Source of the DNA: Eubacteriales bacterium
Lineage (GTDB): Bacteria > Bacillota > Clostridia > Christensenellales > Aristaeellaceae
Length of the DNA: 64,000 nucleotides
NCBI GenBank assembly: GCA_031554475.1
Contig: JAVBVF010000022.1
Coordinates: forward strand, 21,767-85,766
Direction of reading: 5' to 3'
The translations under genes were made by a program, and so were the position numbers. This document shows positions 54,682 through 64,000 of this stretch, in pieces. How positions within the stretch are numbered: the first letter of the stretch is position 1; every line of letters starts with the position of its first letter. The notes beneath the pieces were generated by a model. It was not told the DNA's origin. It saw only the letters and a program-made list of their open reading frames with translations, and ran no database searches.

Positions 54682-57600
54682 ATGAAAAAATTCGTTTGCT
54701 GGCTCGCAGTGGTATTGTGCGTGCTTTTCAGCGCCGCGGCGCTGGCGGAGGAAGCGCCTCCCGCCATTACGGTAGACGGCGATTTGAGTGATTGGGCAGG
54801 AATTTACAGCCTCTCGGAGGGCGATGAGAAAATTGCGATCCTGTATGCGTTCAAAACGGATGATATGGTGTATGCAGCCTTTCAGGCGCCGGATTTGACC
54901 AATATCAGCGTTTATGACGTGATGTTTGATACGGATAACAATCCGGCTACAGGCTATCAATGCGATGGCCGCCATAAAACCGCCGGAGCGGACTTTTTGG
55001 TGGAAACCTGGACCGCCGGAACCTATGCCGGGGCCACGGGAAGCGAGTGGGAGTGGAATGAAGCCTCCTACGATATTCAACGCGCCGCCTCCCGGGACAA
55101 CACCACGGTGGAGATCGGCGTGCCCTTGAGCATTTTGGGCAACCCCGAAATGCTGCGTATAACCGCCTGGTCCATGAATTCGGATTGGGTGGCCTCGGGC
55201 TTTGCGCCCAAATTGGGCGAACCCTTTGCGGAGGTACCCTACTACAAAGAAGTCATCGGAGCGCCCATCACTGATCCGTTGACGGAGATCGGCCTTGCGG
55301 CGGAGGCCCCTGTCCAGGCGCTTACAGAGAATGCGCTGCCAGGGGGAACGGTGGGGAACTTGACAGCCAAGGGCGGCGATGGCAAGACCTATGATTTTAC
55401 CTTCCGCCAGGATGCCAACAAGGGCCGGGATAACAGCCGCTTTGTCATCAAGGGCAACGTGCTGATGGTGGGCGAGGCTTCGCTGTCGCCAGGCACCTAC
55501 AAGGTGGCGGTGCAGTGCCAGAGCCTGATTCGTAAAGAGACCGCCAACCTGGTGGTGGAGGTGTTGCCCCAGGATCCCGCTACAGCCATCACCACCGAGG
55601 TGTTTGATGGCGCGGATGGCGAGTGGTATGCTGTGCCCCATGCGGCCGCGTACAAGCTGCCCAACGTGACTGCCCTCAAGGCGCAAACCGATGGGAGAAG
55701 CGTTTTCTTCTTCGCCGAAGCCCAACGGCTTGGGGAGGACTATGCCTTCTATATTGGCAACGAAATCACCACGGGGCAGGACATGGCCGAAACCTGGGCC
55801 GGAGCCGCCCCCGCCAACCGGATCGATCCGGATGGCTCTGTCTGGGTTTGGCAGGATGGGGAATATGTAAAGACCGACAATAAGGCCCAGCTTCATAAAA
55901 CCGAAAAGGGCGTGGAAGGGTTGGTGGCCATTGGGGCGCTCCATTCTTCCGCCAAAGCGTTCACCTTCGGGTTCTCCGATGGGGAAGGCTGCTTTTTGCC
56001 GGACGCGGGCGCGCCCATGCTGAAAGCTACTGCCCCCGAACGGCTCTTTAGCCCCGGCATTCGGGGAGACGGCACGGAGGAGGACTGGACCTATGTGCAG
56101 CCCCTATGCCAGGGCTCCGGCGTGGTGGGGGAGGTGTACGCCGCTCGCACGGATGAGTTCCTGTATGTGATGACCACGGTTTCCGGTGTGACGGATCCGG
56201 AAAGCGACACCGCGTTTTCCCTGAATATTTTGGTTGATGCTGACGGTAATCCCGTCAATGGCTACCGTCATCCAGGATATTCCGCCCATAGCGGCATGGA
56301 TGTGTTGGTGCAGGACTGGCATTCCTTGAACCTGGAATTCTTTGTGTATGAAAAGCCGAGCGATGAGTGGTTTAGCTGTGTGGGCCGCCCGCCGGAAGGC
56401 ATCAAGAAATTCGTGGAAGAGCAGGGCGACGGCGTATATAAGCTAAAGTACGCCATCCCTGTCAAGTTGGTCAGCGAATATCTGCCAGAGGTATCGGATG
56501 ATTGGTACATTGCGGTGGACCGCCAGCAGGACATGCAGGAGGGTACTACCGTGGGTACTGCGCCGGAAGCATATCAGGAGGGGAGCGGGCTATTGCTGGT
56601 TCCCAAGTACCGCACTCGGGTAGCCCATTTGGATGTGGCGGACGATACCTTTGCCGACTGGGACGCGGTGGGCAATAAGGTTACGCCCTCCAGCCAAGCG
56701 GCTACGCAGAACTTGCGGGGTACCCTGTCTGAAGAGCGGCTCTATTTGCTGGCAAATGGGCAAAAGCTGGATACCACGGCCATCTGGCTGTTGTCCACAG
56801 GCAAAGGCTTCGCCTATGCGGGGTATTCGGATGTGACCCATCTGGTCAAGGGCGGTAAGCTGTATGCTGTAACGGCAGACGACACCCTTGGGGCAGAAGG
56901 CCTGCCCATCTATACCCAGTACTATGCCGATAGCGCGGAGGTACAGGTGTACTTGGAGGATTTGGGCTGGCCGGAGCAAGTCTTTGTGGCCTACCAGTGC
57001 AAGGACACTCAGTTGCCTGCCGAGGGCATGATGGCAGTTACGCAGCGCTTTGCCCTGGCGCGGCCGGAAGGCGCCTATTTCCCCAGAGAGGATTTCGGGG
57101 CGTTCCCTAATCCCTATCATGGCTGGATGGCTTGGGCCAGCACGTCTCCCGAGGAACCCATCCGGCACGCCTTTGACACGGTGTTCCTGGATGTGAAATG
57201 GGCGGAGTTTGAGCCGGAAAAAGGCAAATATGACTTTGAAATTCTAGAAAAGAAGTATCATTTGGATACCTGGAAGGAGCGCGGCGTGCGCGTGATCCTG
57301 CGCTTTGTGATCGACGACGTGATCGATAACGGCGGCGCGGACCGCATGGATATCCCCGCTTGGCTTTATGAGGAACTGGTGGCGGAGAATGCGGGCGGGA
57401 AAGGCGCGGGTACCTTCTACTATGAAGCGGAAGCCCTGGGCGGCGGCGGATTCTCGCCCAATTATGACAGCCCGCTACTCATCGGATATCATGCCAAGGC
57501 CATTGCCGCCTTGGCCGAACGCTTTGACGATCCGGCCATCACCGCCTATGTGCAGGTGGGAAGCCTGGGCCATTGGGCGGAAATGCACTGCTGGCCGGAG

Positions 57601-58431
57601 GGTACGGGAGAATTCCCCAATCCGGACTTGGTCGGCGCCTACATGCAGGCCTATACCGAGGCATTCCACCGTGTAAAGCTGGCGGCGAGAAAACCCTATC
57701 CCTATGCCAGCGCACAGAACTGGGGCCTTTACAACGACATGTTTGGGGATGTGGGGGCCAGCGATACCTGGGTGGACTACTATCGGCAGGGCTGCACCGA
57801 TATGCCCAGCGCTACCTCGGAGCATGTGGCGGCATCGGCCATGCCGGAGTTTTGGCTTCACGGGTATTCCGGCGGCGAATTTGCCGAGGGCAATGTGCGC
57901 AAATGGATCAGCGACGACGCGATCGTGGAGACCCTCCGGCTCATTCGGGAAGCCCATTCCTCACTCATTGGCCCCTGTGCGCCCACAGACTTGCTGACCA
58001 CCGAGGCGGATACGCCGGAGTACGATGTGAATGTGGAAGCCATGAGTAGGATCATCGGTTGGCGGTATGCCCTGGAAAGCATAACCCAAATCAGTACTGC
58101 CAAGGCAGGGGATCGCCTTGTGCTGGAGTTGGTGTGGAATAACCGCGGTGTGTCGCCCTTCTACTATCCATGGCCGTTGGAATGGTCACTGGTGGATGAG
58201 GCGGGCAAGGTGGTCTATGCGCAGCGGGGAGAACTGGATATCCGCACTCTGCTGCCTGGCCGGAAACGGACGGGGGAGACGCTCCTTCTTCCTTCTGACT
58301 TGCCGCAGGGTACTTATCGCCTATGTGTAGCGGTGCTGGATGTGGATACGGGTGTACCCAGCATGCGCTTGGCGCTTGCGGGCGGCGGTGAGGATCTCCG
58401 TTATCCGCTGTATCCATTGACAATCCAATAA
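54682..58431 (+). CDS. secreted 1249-aa multidomain protein: signal peptide, repeated CBM-like beta-sandwich modules, C-terminal DUF4832-type putative glycoside hydrolase
   Basis: Within ORF 54598-58431; ATG 54682 follows GGAGG. Signal peptide MKKFVCWLAVVLCVLFSAAALA. Three D-G/D-x-x-x-DW modules. The C-terminal region from about 57103 is colinear with the 47504 protein. Confidence 0.8.
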   Translation: MKKFVCWLAVVLCVLFSAAALAEEAPPAITVDGDLSDWAGIYSLSEGDEKIAILYAFKTDDMVYAAFQAPDLTNISVYDVMFDTDNNPATGYQCDGRHKTAGADFLVETWTAGTYAGATGSEWEWNEASYDIQRAASRDNTTVEIGVPLSILGNPEMLRITAWSMNSDWVASGFAPKLGEPFAEVPYYKEVIGAPITDPLTEIGLAAEAPVQALTENALPGGTVGNLTAKGGDGKTYDFTFRQDANKGRDNSRFVIKGNVLMVGEASLSPGTYKVAVQCQSLIRKETANLVVEVLPQDPATAITTEVFDGADGEWYAVPHAAAYKLPNVTALKAQTDGRSVFFFAEAQRLGEDYAFYIGNEITTGQDMAETWAGAAPANRIDPDGSVWVWQDGEYVKTDNKAQLHKTEKGVEGLVAIGALHSSAKAFTFGFSDGEGCFLPDAGAPMLKATAPERLFSPGIRGDGTEEDWTYVQPLCQGSGVVGEVYAARTDEFLYVMTTVSGVTDPESDTAFSLNILVDADGNPVNGYRHPGYSAHSGMDVLVQDWHSLNLEFFVYEKPSDEWFSCVGRPPEGIKKFVEEQGDGVYKLKYAIPVKLVSEYLPEVSDDWYIAVDRQQDMQEGTTVGTAPEAYQEGSGLLLVPKYRTRVAHLDVADDTFADWDAVGNKVTPSSQAATQNLRGTLSEERLYLLANGQKLDTTAIWLLSTGKGFAYAGYSDVTHLVKGGKLYAVTADDTLGAEGLPIYTQYYADSAEVQVYLEDLGWPEQVFVAYQCKDTQLPAEGMMAVTQRFALARPEGAYFPREDFGAFPNPYHGWMAWASTSPEEPIRHAFDTVFLDVKWAEFEPEKGKYDFEILEKKYHLDTWKERGVRVILRFVIDDVIDNGGADRMDIPAWLYEELVAENAGGKGAGTFYYEAEALGGGGFSPNYDSPLLIGYHAKAIAALAERFDDPAITAYVQVGSLGHWAEMHCWPEGTGEFPNPDLVGAYMQAYTEAFHRVKLAARKPYPYASAQNWGLYNDMFGDVGASDTWVDYYRQGCTDMPSATSEHVAASAMPEFWLHGYSGGEFAEGNVRKWISDDAIVETLRLIREAHSSLIGPCAPTDLLTTEADTPEYDVNVEAMSRIIGWRYALESITQISTAKAGDRLVLELVWNNRGVSPFYYPWPLEWSLVDEAGKVVYAQRGELDIRTLLPGRKRTGETLLLPSDLPQGTYRLCVAVLDVDTGVPSMRLALAGGGEDLRYPLYPLTIQ

Positions 58432-58445
58432 AGAAAAAAGGAAAA

Positions 58446-58482
58446 GGGAGGCGCCGAGCGACATGTGCGCGAGGCGCCTCCC
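58446..58482. terminator. bidirectional terminator hairpin between convergent genes
   Basis: GGGAGGCGCC-N17-GGCGCCTCCC, flanked by an A-tract on the left and a T-containing tail on the right. Confidence 0.65.
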
Positions 58483-58529
58483 AATTCCCTTTGGGTGGAG
58501 GCAGGGAAAGAAGGGCGGAGCTTGCGTTT

Positions 58530-60521
58530 CTATTCAAACCGTACCATTTTGTAGTACGTCTTTGTGGTCTTGGCATAGAAGACAAAGTAGAACATCGCCA
58601 CAAAAGCGGCCGCCAAGAACACGTTGAGGGTGATGTAGGGGGTGTTGGACAGGCCCAGAGCCCGCAGCATCAGCGTGACCATTTTCAGCGAGCCAGCCAC
58701 GTGGCAGACGGCTACCAAAAGCGGCAAGAAAAACACGATCAGCACTTGAGTCGCCACTGTTTTGCGGACTTCTTGGGGACTCATGCCCACCTTTTGGAGA
58801 ATGATGAAGCGGTCATGATCCTGATAGCCCTCGCTGATTTGTTTGAAGTAGAGAATCAGGGCGGTAGCCATGAGGAACAAAACGCCCAGGAATAGGCCCA
58901 CGAACAGGAAGCCGCCGTAGAGGCTGTACAGTTCGGTTCGCAAGCGGTTTTTGTTAAAGAAGGAATGATAGGGAACGGTAAGCTGGCTGCGGAAGGCGGC
59001 AGCAAACGCATCCTGCCTTTCGGGAGCCTCGGGGATGTCCATTTGCAAAAGAAAGACCGGCAGGATGGCGCCTGTTTGATCGTCGATGGCGGAGAAAAGG
59101 GCCTGGAGGGCAGCCGCATCCTTCACAACAAAATAGACGCTGTTGGTTGCGGCGGAATAGCTAAACGCGGGTGTAAAGTGAAGCGTATCCAGCGCCCGCA
59201 GGGCAAAGTGCGCCTCCCCCCAAACGATGGACGAAGGGGCGGGCGTACTTAAGGAATAAAAGGCCGCCTCACCGTCAGCCAGATCCAGGGAGATGCCCTG
59301 CAAATCCTCAAAGGTTTGTTCGGTCAGCACGCACATATCCAGCAATTGGCTATAGTCAGCAGTGCTTTGCAGGGTAGAGGCAAGGGGGCCGGGCAGGGTC
59401 AAAAGCTCGTTGCCGGCGCGCTTTACAAGGATTTCATGGCTCTGGAAGGCATGCAGATTCGAAAGCGCAATCCCCATTTCCTGGGCGCAGGCTTGGGCGG
59501 TATCCCGCGCGGTTTCCATATCCACGGCAGAGCTTACGTTTAGCTTGAGATCGCTGGGGTAGAGCTGGTTTAGGGTTTGATCCGCGCCGCGGTAGAGCGC
59601 CACGGTGGTGCCGATGGTCACCATGGCCATGGTGCAAAGGATGGCGATGCTGGCAAGGCCCGCGGCGTTTTGCTTCATGCGGTACAGCATGCCGGACAGG
59701 GTGATGAAGTGTTGGGGATGGTAAAAGATGCGGTTGTTTCTTTTGAGGAGCTTAAGAATGGAAAGCGTGCCTGCCATAAACAAGCAGTAGGTGCCCAGGA
59801 TCACCAACAGCACAGCCACAAAAAACAGCATGATGGCCGAGATGGAATCGCTGACGGTGCAAGCGATCCAGTATCCCGCCGCCAGGAGAACGACGCCAAG
59901 GATACCGAAAAACCAGCGGGCCTTGGGCTCCTTTTCGCCTACTTGGGAGCCTCGCAAAAGGTCGATGGGGCTGACGGAGCGAACCTGCCAGGAGTTATAA
60001 ATGACCAGGCACAGGAAGAGAAGCGCAAAAAGGATGGGGGTAACGATCAGGGCCAGGGGGCTGATGCTGGGGGTGAGTGGGAATTGCACCTGTAAAATGA
60101 TGCGAATCAGCAAGAAAAGCAAGCGGTTCAACACCATGCCTAAGCCCAAGCCAATGGCCATTGTGAGTACATAGCCCAAAAAGAGCTCATGGCGAACCAC
60201 TCGGGCAATATGCTTTTTTTCCATTCCCAGAATGCTGTATAGCCCCATTTCCCGTTTCCGCCGCTTGATGAGAAAGCCATTGGCGTAAAACAAGAAGATA
60301 GCGGAAAATACGCCTACAATGACCAGCCCTAGGGAGAGCATCAGCAAAAAGGCGGTATAACCAGGAACCTCCCGCAGGCCTGGATTGGCGGTTAAACTTA
60401 AAAAGCTGAAAAAGGTAAAGGTGAGCATCACCGCAGCCAGCAAGAATGGGGCGTAGGTTTGGCGGTTTTTCCACAGATTGCCCAAGGCTAGGCGAAGATA
60501 CAGGAAGTTACGCATCCTCAT
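58530..60521 (-). CDS. BceB-type ABC transporter permease (FtsX-domain, 10 TM, large extracellular loop)
   Basis: Within ORF 58530-60659; ATG 60521 follows AAGGAGG and gives MRMRNFLYLRLALGNLWKNRQTY. About 663 aa, with a hydrophilic central region of about 200 aa. Confidence 0.85.
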   Translation of the reverse strand: MRMRNFLYLRLALGNLWKNRQTYAPFLLAAVMLTFTFFSFLSLTANPGLREVPGYTAFLLMLSLGLVIVGVFSAIFLFYANGFLIKRRKREMGLYSILGMEKKHIARVVRHELFLGYVLTMAIGLGLGMVLNRLLFLLIRIILQVQFPLTPSISPLALIVTPILFALLFLCLVIYNSWQVRSVSPIDLLRGSQVGEKEPKARWFFGILGVVLLAAGYWIACTVSDSISAIMLFFVAVLLVILGTYCLFMAGTLSILKLLKRNNRIFYHPQHFITLSGMLYRMKQNAAGLASIAILCTMAMVTIGTTVALYRGADQTLNQLYPSDLKLNVSSAVDMETARDTAQACAQEMGIALSNLHAFQSHEILVKRAGNELLTLPGPLASTLQSTADYSQLLDMCVLTEQTFEDLQGISLDLADGEAAFYSLSTPAPSSIVWGEAHFALRALDTLHFTPAFSYSAATNSVYFVVKDAAALQALFSAIDDQTGAILPVFLLQMDIPEAPERQDAFAAAFRSQLTVPYHSFFNKNRLRTELYSLYGGFLFVGLFLGVLFLMATALILYFKQISEGYQDHDRFIILQKVGMSPQEVRKTVATQVLIVFFLPLLVAVCHVAGSLKMVTLMLRALGLSNTPYITLNVFLAAAFVAMFYFVFYAKTTKTYYKMVRFE

Positions 60522-61275
60522 CGCCTCCTTGGGTGAGCACGGTGAGGGTGGAGAGGATTTTTTGATAAAATTGCTCCCGTGTGTTCTCGCCGGCATAGAG
60601 CTGGTTAAAGACTTGTCCGTCTTTGATGAACAGGCAGCGGGTGGCGTAGCTGGCGGCATGGGCGCTGTGGGTGACCATGAGCAGCGTTTGCCCTTCTTGA
60701 TGAACGTTTGCGAACATGCGCATGAGCTTGGTGGCCGCCTTGCTGTCCAAAGCGCCGGTGGGCTCGTCCGCCAATACCATACGGGGATTGGTAATCAAGG
60801 CCCGGGCAACGGCGGTGCGTTGCTTTTGGCCGCCGGAGATTTCATAGGGGAATTTGTTGAGCAAGCCTTGAAGGGAGAGCCGTTCCAAAAGCGGCTGCAG
60901 GCGCTGCATCATCTCCGCATAAGGGCGGTTTTGCAGCACCAGGGGCAAGAGAATATTGTCTTTCACGGAAAAGGTATCCAGCAGGTTAAAATCCTGAAAC
61001 ACAAAGCCTAGATGATCCCGCCGGAAAGCGGCCTTGGCTTTTTCGGGCACATCGGCAAGATTTTTCCCCTCTAAAAACACCGCGCCGCCGGTGGGTTGGT
61101 CCAGCGCGGCCAAAATGTTAAGCAGTGTGGTTTTGCCGCTGCCGCTCTCGCCCATGATGGCCACAAATTCTCCGCCCTCCACCAAAAAGCTCACATCGGT
61201 CAAGGCCTGAACCTTTTGCATGCCAAAACGGGTGGTGTATACTTTTTTCAGATTTTTCACTTCTAACAATGTCAT
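60508..61275 (-). CDS. BceA-type ABC transporter ATP-binding protein
   Basis: Within ORF 60508-61314; start MTLLEVKNLKKVY. Walker A GESGSGKTT, signature ISGGQKQR, Walker B LADEPTG. Confidence 0.9.
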   Translation of the reverse strand: MTLLEVKNLKKVYTTRFGMQKVQALTDVSFLVEGGEFVAIMGESGSGKTTLLNILAALDQPTGGAVFLEGKNLADVPEKAKAAFRRDHLGFVFQDFNLLDTFSVKDNILLPLVLQNRPYAEMMQRLQPLLERLSLQGLLNKFPYEISGGQKQRTAVARALITNPRMVLADEPTGALDSKAATKLMRMFANVHQEGQTLLMVTHSAHAASYATRCLFIKDGQVFNQLYAGENTREQFYQKILSTLTVLTQGGDEDA

Positions 61276-61367
61276 AGCATTTTCGTCCTCTCTGTCCCCA
61301 TGGGGTACGGGCATAGCATAACAGGAACGCCTTCAAACCGCCTTGGTTTTGGCTTACAAAGCGTCCC

Positions 61368-61379
61368 TGTAATCTTACA
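61368..61379. promoter_or_regulatory. inverted repeat TGTAA-N2-TTACA upstream of the BceAB-like genes (candidate BceR-type response-regulator box)
   Basis: TGTAATCTTACA, with an extra TTACA half-site at 61354-61358. About 95 nt upstream of the ATPase start. Confidence 0.35.
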
Positions 61380-61385
61380 ATTTTG

Positions 61386-62402
61386 TCATTCTTCATGAGG
61401 CGCTTCCCTCCGGTGAAGATCAAAGGTGACGCAGGTCCCCTTGCCAAGCTCAGAACAGAGGGATACCTTGTGTCCCAGCAAATCGCAGGCTTGCTTGCAA
61501 AGGTACAGGCCGATCCCTGTGCTTTTTTCTTCACTGCGACCCGCGTAGCCGGTAAAGCCACGGTGAAAGACCCGCGGCACGTCCTCTGGCCGGATGCCGA
61601 TCCCCGTATCGGAAATGGTGAGCACCTGCGGCGGCATAAGCGCGATTTCGATCTGCCCGCCCTCGGGAGTGTATTTGAGGGCGTTGGTAAGCACCTGTTC
61701 CAGCGCCATGCCCAGCCATTTTTCATCCGTAAGTGCGGAACCATCAAAGGGCTCCAGCCGCAAGAGGATGTTGCGGTATTGAAACAGTGGCCGCAGTTTG
61801 CGGACGATTTTACAGCAAAGGGGATAGAGTGGGATCATTTCCAGGGCTAGATCTTCGCGGATGCTGGAAAGGCGCTGGAAGGTAAGCGCCGCCTCGGCAT
61901 AGCGTTCCACCTTGAAAAGCTCTTGGCGAAGCTGCTTTCGGTCAATGGGCGTTTCGCTTTGGGCAATCAGGTTCATGGCGGCGATGGGTGTTTTGATTTG
62001 ATGGATCCAAAGGGTGTAATAGTCCGTGCGGGTGAGTTCCGCTGTGGCGGCTTCATCCGCCTGCTGGCGGGCTTCGCGGCTGTAGGCCAGTGCCAGTTTT
62101 CGATAGTCGTTTTCCGTAGGCGTGCGCGCGGGAGGGAGGCGGGAAGGGTCGGAAGGGAGCCTTTCCAGCGCCTTCCACAAGGCCAACTGATGGATCACGA
62201 AACGGCAAAAGGTGAACAGGAATCCGGCCAAAAGAAGCATCACAGACAAGAACAGGGCATAGCCGAGCTCACGCAGCTGCCCAAAGCCCAACAGATGCAC
62301 CATCGGAAAAAGGGCGAAAAGGCCCAGGCAAAACAAAAGAGTAGGCCAGTAGGCGTGAAGATACCGCCCAAGCAAACGGAAGCCAAGCCGGACAGTGTTC
62401 AT
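61386..62402 (-). CDS. BceS-type intramembrane-sensing histidine kinase
   Basis: Two N-terminal TM helices with almost no extracellular loop; H-box WIHQIKTPIAAM; ATPase domain with GIGLYLCK. Confidence 0.88.
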   Translation of the reverse strand: MNTVRLGFRLLGRYLHAYWPTLLFCLGLFALFPMVHLLGFGQLRELGYALFLSVMLLLAGFLFTFCRFVIHQLALWKALERLPSDPSRLPPARTPTENDYRKLALAYSREARQQADEAATAELTRTDYYTLWIHQIKTPIAAMNLIAQSETPIDRKQLRQELFKVERYAEAALTFQRLSSIREDLALEMIPLYPLCCKIVRKLRPLFQYRNILLRLEPFDGSALTDEKWLGMALEQVLTNALKYTPEGGQIEIALMPPQVLTISDTGIGIRPEDVPRVFHRGFTGYAGRSEEKSTGIGLYLCKQACDLLGHKVSLCSELGKGTCVTFDLHRREAPHEE

Positions 62403-63076
62403 GGCGCTTGCACCCGATAGCCTTCACCCCGCTGGGTCAGGATCCAATCCGAAAGCCCGATATCCTCCAGCTTTTTCCGCAGCCTGGTGATGTTGACCGT
62501 TAAGGTATTGTCATCCACAAACAGATCGCTATCCCACAAGCGGGTCATGAGCGCGTCGCGGCTGACGGTGGCGCCTTTGTTTTCCAAAAGCATTTGCAAA
62601 ATCCGGTTTTCATTCTTGGTCAGTTCCAGGCGGTAATCGCCGTAGAGCAGAACACTCTGGCCAATATCCAATACCGCGCCGCGACACTCCAGGGTGCTTT
62701 TACTCCCGGCAAAATCATAGGTACGGCGAAGGACCGCGCCTATTTTGGCCACCGCCACCTCCAGGTCAAAGGGTTTGGTAATAAAGTCGTCGCCGCCCAT
62801 GCTCATGGCCATCACAATGTCCATGCTGCCGGTATGGGAAGAGATAAAAATGATGGGGGCAGTAGACAGCTGCCGGATTTTTTCGCACCAATAGTAGCCG
62901 TTGAAAAAAGGGAGGGAGACATCCATTAAAACCAGGTGGGGAGAGGCGCTTTGAAAGGCCTCCAGCACATCATCCAGCCTTTGGCAGCAAAACACGTCAT
63001 ACCCCCAGCGGCACAAATGGGCGGCCAGCAGTTCAGCGATGGTTTGGTCGTCTTCCACGATCATGATTTTGAACAT
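62399..63076 (-). CDS. OmpR-family response regulator (BceR-like)
   Basis: Within ORF 62399-63169; ATG 63076 follows GGGAGGAG and gives MFKIMIVEDDQTIAELL. Winged-helix C-terminus GEGYRV. ATGA overlap with the kinase gene. Confidence 0.9.
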   Translation of the reverse strand: MFKIMIVEDDQTIAELLAAHLCRWGYDVFCCQRLDDVLEAFQSASPHLVLMDVSLPFFNGYYWCEKIRQLSTAPIIFISSHTGSMDIVMAMSMGGDDFITKPFDLEVAVAKIGAVLRRTYDFAGSKSTLECRGAVLDIGQSVLLYGDYRLELTKNENRILQMLLENKGATVSRDALMTRLWDSDLFVDDNTLTVNITRLRKKLEDIGLSDWILTQRGEGYRVQAP

Positions 63077-63360
63077 AGGCTCCTCCCTTTGCGCGCATGC
63101 TCCCAGGATCAGACCGCGATCGATGGGCATTCTTCTGTCATTGTAGTAGAACCTCTCCGTTTTGTCCATGCGGCTGGCAGAAAAAATCTCCGCCAGCCCC
63201 CTGCGTTCCTGTGTGAGGAGGAAACAAAGCGAGCAGGATTTGGGAAGAACGGAAGCGAAATGGGCACAGTATAGACGTAGTGCGGCACGCCTTTGGGGGA
63301 TAGAAGAACGGGCTTTTCCGCAAAGCGGGCCGGCGCCGACAGTGGGTACGGAGGGAAAGT

Positions 63361-64000
63361 ATGGACGAAGGCCAGTATCAAAAGCGGATAGAGTGGTTTC
63401 AGCACGACCGGTTGGGCATGTTCATCCATTGGGGGCTATACTCGGTGGCGGCCCGGGGTGAATGGGTGCGGAACATTGAGCGGATCAGCAACGAGGACTA
63501 TCAGGTCTATTTTGACCAGTTTGATGCCTCGGGCTATGATCCCAGGGCCTGGGCACGGTTGGCGAAAAAAGCGGGAATGAAGTACGCGGTTCTGACGGCC
63601 AAGCATCATGATGGGTTTTGTCTGTTTGATTCGCAGTTGACGGACTATAAAGCCACCAATACCCAGGCGGGGCGCGATTTGGTGCGGGAATATGTGGAGG
63701 CCTTTCGCGCCGAAGGGATCAAGGTGGGGCTGTATTACTCGCTCATCGATTGGCGCCATCCCGATTATCCCCACTACGGGGATTTGCACCATCCCTTGCG
63801 GGAGGATGAACGCCAGAAGGAACAGGAAGGGAAGCGCGATTTTAACCGGTACCTGGATTATCTGCATGGCCAGGTGCGGGAGCTGTGTACCCACTATGGC
63901 AAAATCGATCTGTTTTGGTTCGATTTTTCTTATGGTCAGCTCCGCGGGGAAGCCTGGCGCGCTACGGAGTTTGTACAGATGATCCGCTCCCTGCAGCCGG
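63361..64000 (+). CDS. GH29 alpha-L-fucosidase, N-terminal part (runs off the window end)
   Basis: Hand translation from ATG 63361 (GGAGGG RBS) gives MDEGQYQKRIEWFQHDRLGMFIHWGLYSVAARGEW...AVLTAKHHDGFCLFDS...GLYYSLIDW, with no stop before 64000. Confidence 0.85.
   Translation, partial: MDEGQYQKRIEWFQHDRLGMFIHWGLYSVAARGEWVRNIERISNEDYQVYFDQFDASGYDPRAWARLAKKAGMKYAVLTAKHHDGFCLFDSQLTDYKATNTQAGRDLVREYVEAFRAEGIKVGLYYSLIDWRHPDYPHYGDLHHPLREDERQKEQEGKRDFNRYLDYLHGQVRELCTHYGKIDLFWFDFSYGQLRGEAWRATEFVQMIRSLQP

Overview
64 kb, roughly 60% GC and gene-dense: about 54 protein genes, most with GGAGG-type ribosome-binding sites. By eye I found no rRNA, tRNA, CRISPR array, transposase, integrase or phage genes. 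The content is almost entirely accessory carbohydrate and organic-acid catabolism, arranged in modules headed by regulators. (1) A long minus-strand operon (302-16688): a ribose-type ABC importer whose binding-protein gene carries one in-frame TAG, two SDRs, a Zn-ADH, a cupin, an orphan AcoAB-like TPP E1 pair, a split transketolase, lipoate-protein ligase, a mutarotase-like protein, NfnAB-like oxidoreductase and a partial URO-D-like gene. (2) An MBL-fold hydrolase, a LacI-family regulator and a DUF1537-type acid-sugar kinase. (3) A plus-strand operon of ROK kinase, malic enzyme, CoA-acylating succinate-semialdehyde dehydrogenase and a SucCD-like CoA ligase. Modules 1-3 share three copies of a GCGTAA-N4-TTACGC palindrome placed at good promoters. 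(4) A GntR/FadR regulator diverging from a complete AcoABCL-like E1-E2-E3 complex. That complex runs straight on into a LarA (nickel-pincer racemase) homolog, a second ROK kinase, an Asp/Glu-racemase-family protein, DeoC aldolase, a DUF4432 mutarotase-like protein, a cupin and ribokinase. (5) DUF218 and a divergent M24-fold protein. (6) An orphan 1338-aa protein with three tandem Cys-bearing Ig-like repeats and a long GLUG-type repeat region, but no visible export or anchoring signal. (7) A LacI-headed glycan-utilisation locus: Gfo/Idh/MocA oxidoreductase, three DUF4832-type paralogs, an unassigned protein, an ABC importer and a 1249-aa secreted multidomain enzyme. (8) A BceRS-BceAB-type peptide-antibiotic sensing and detoxification module. 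(9) The start of a GH29 alpha-L-fucosidase. The host is probably a high-GC Firmicutes/Clostridia-like organism; this is inferred from RBS style, the Bce module and NfnAB, not demonstrated. The items most worth follow-up are the Aco-complex/LarA/epimerase/kinase/aldolase operon, the orphan E1 + split transketolase + LplA block, the signal-less Ig/GLUG giant protein, and the DUF4832 locus. All family calls come from motif recognition by eye in the supplied translations; no database search was run.
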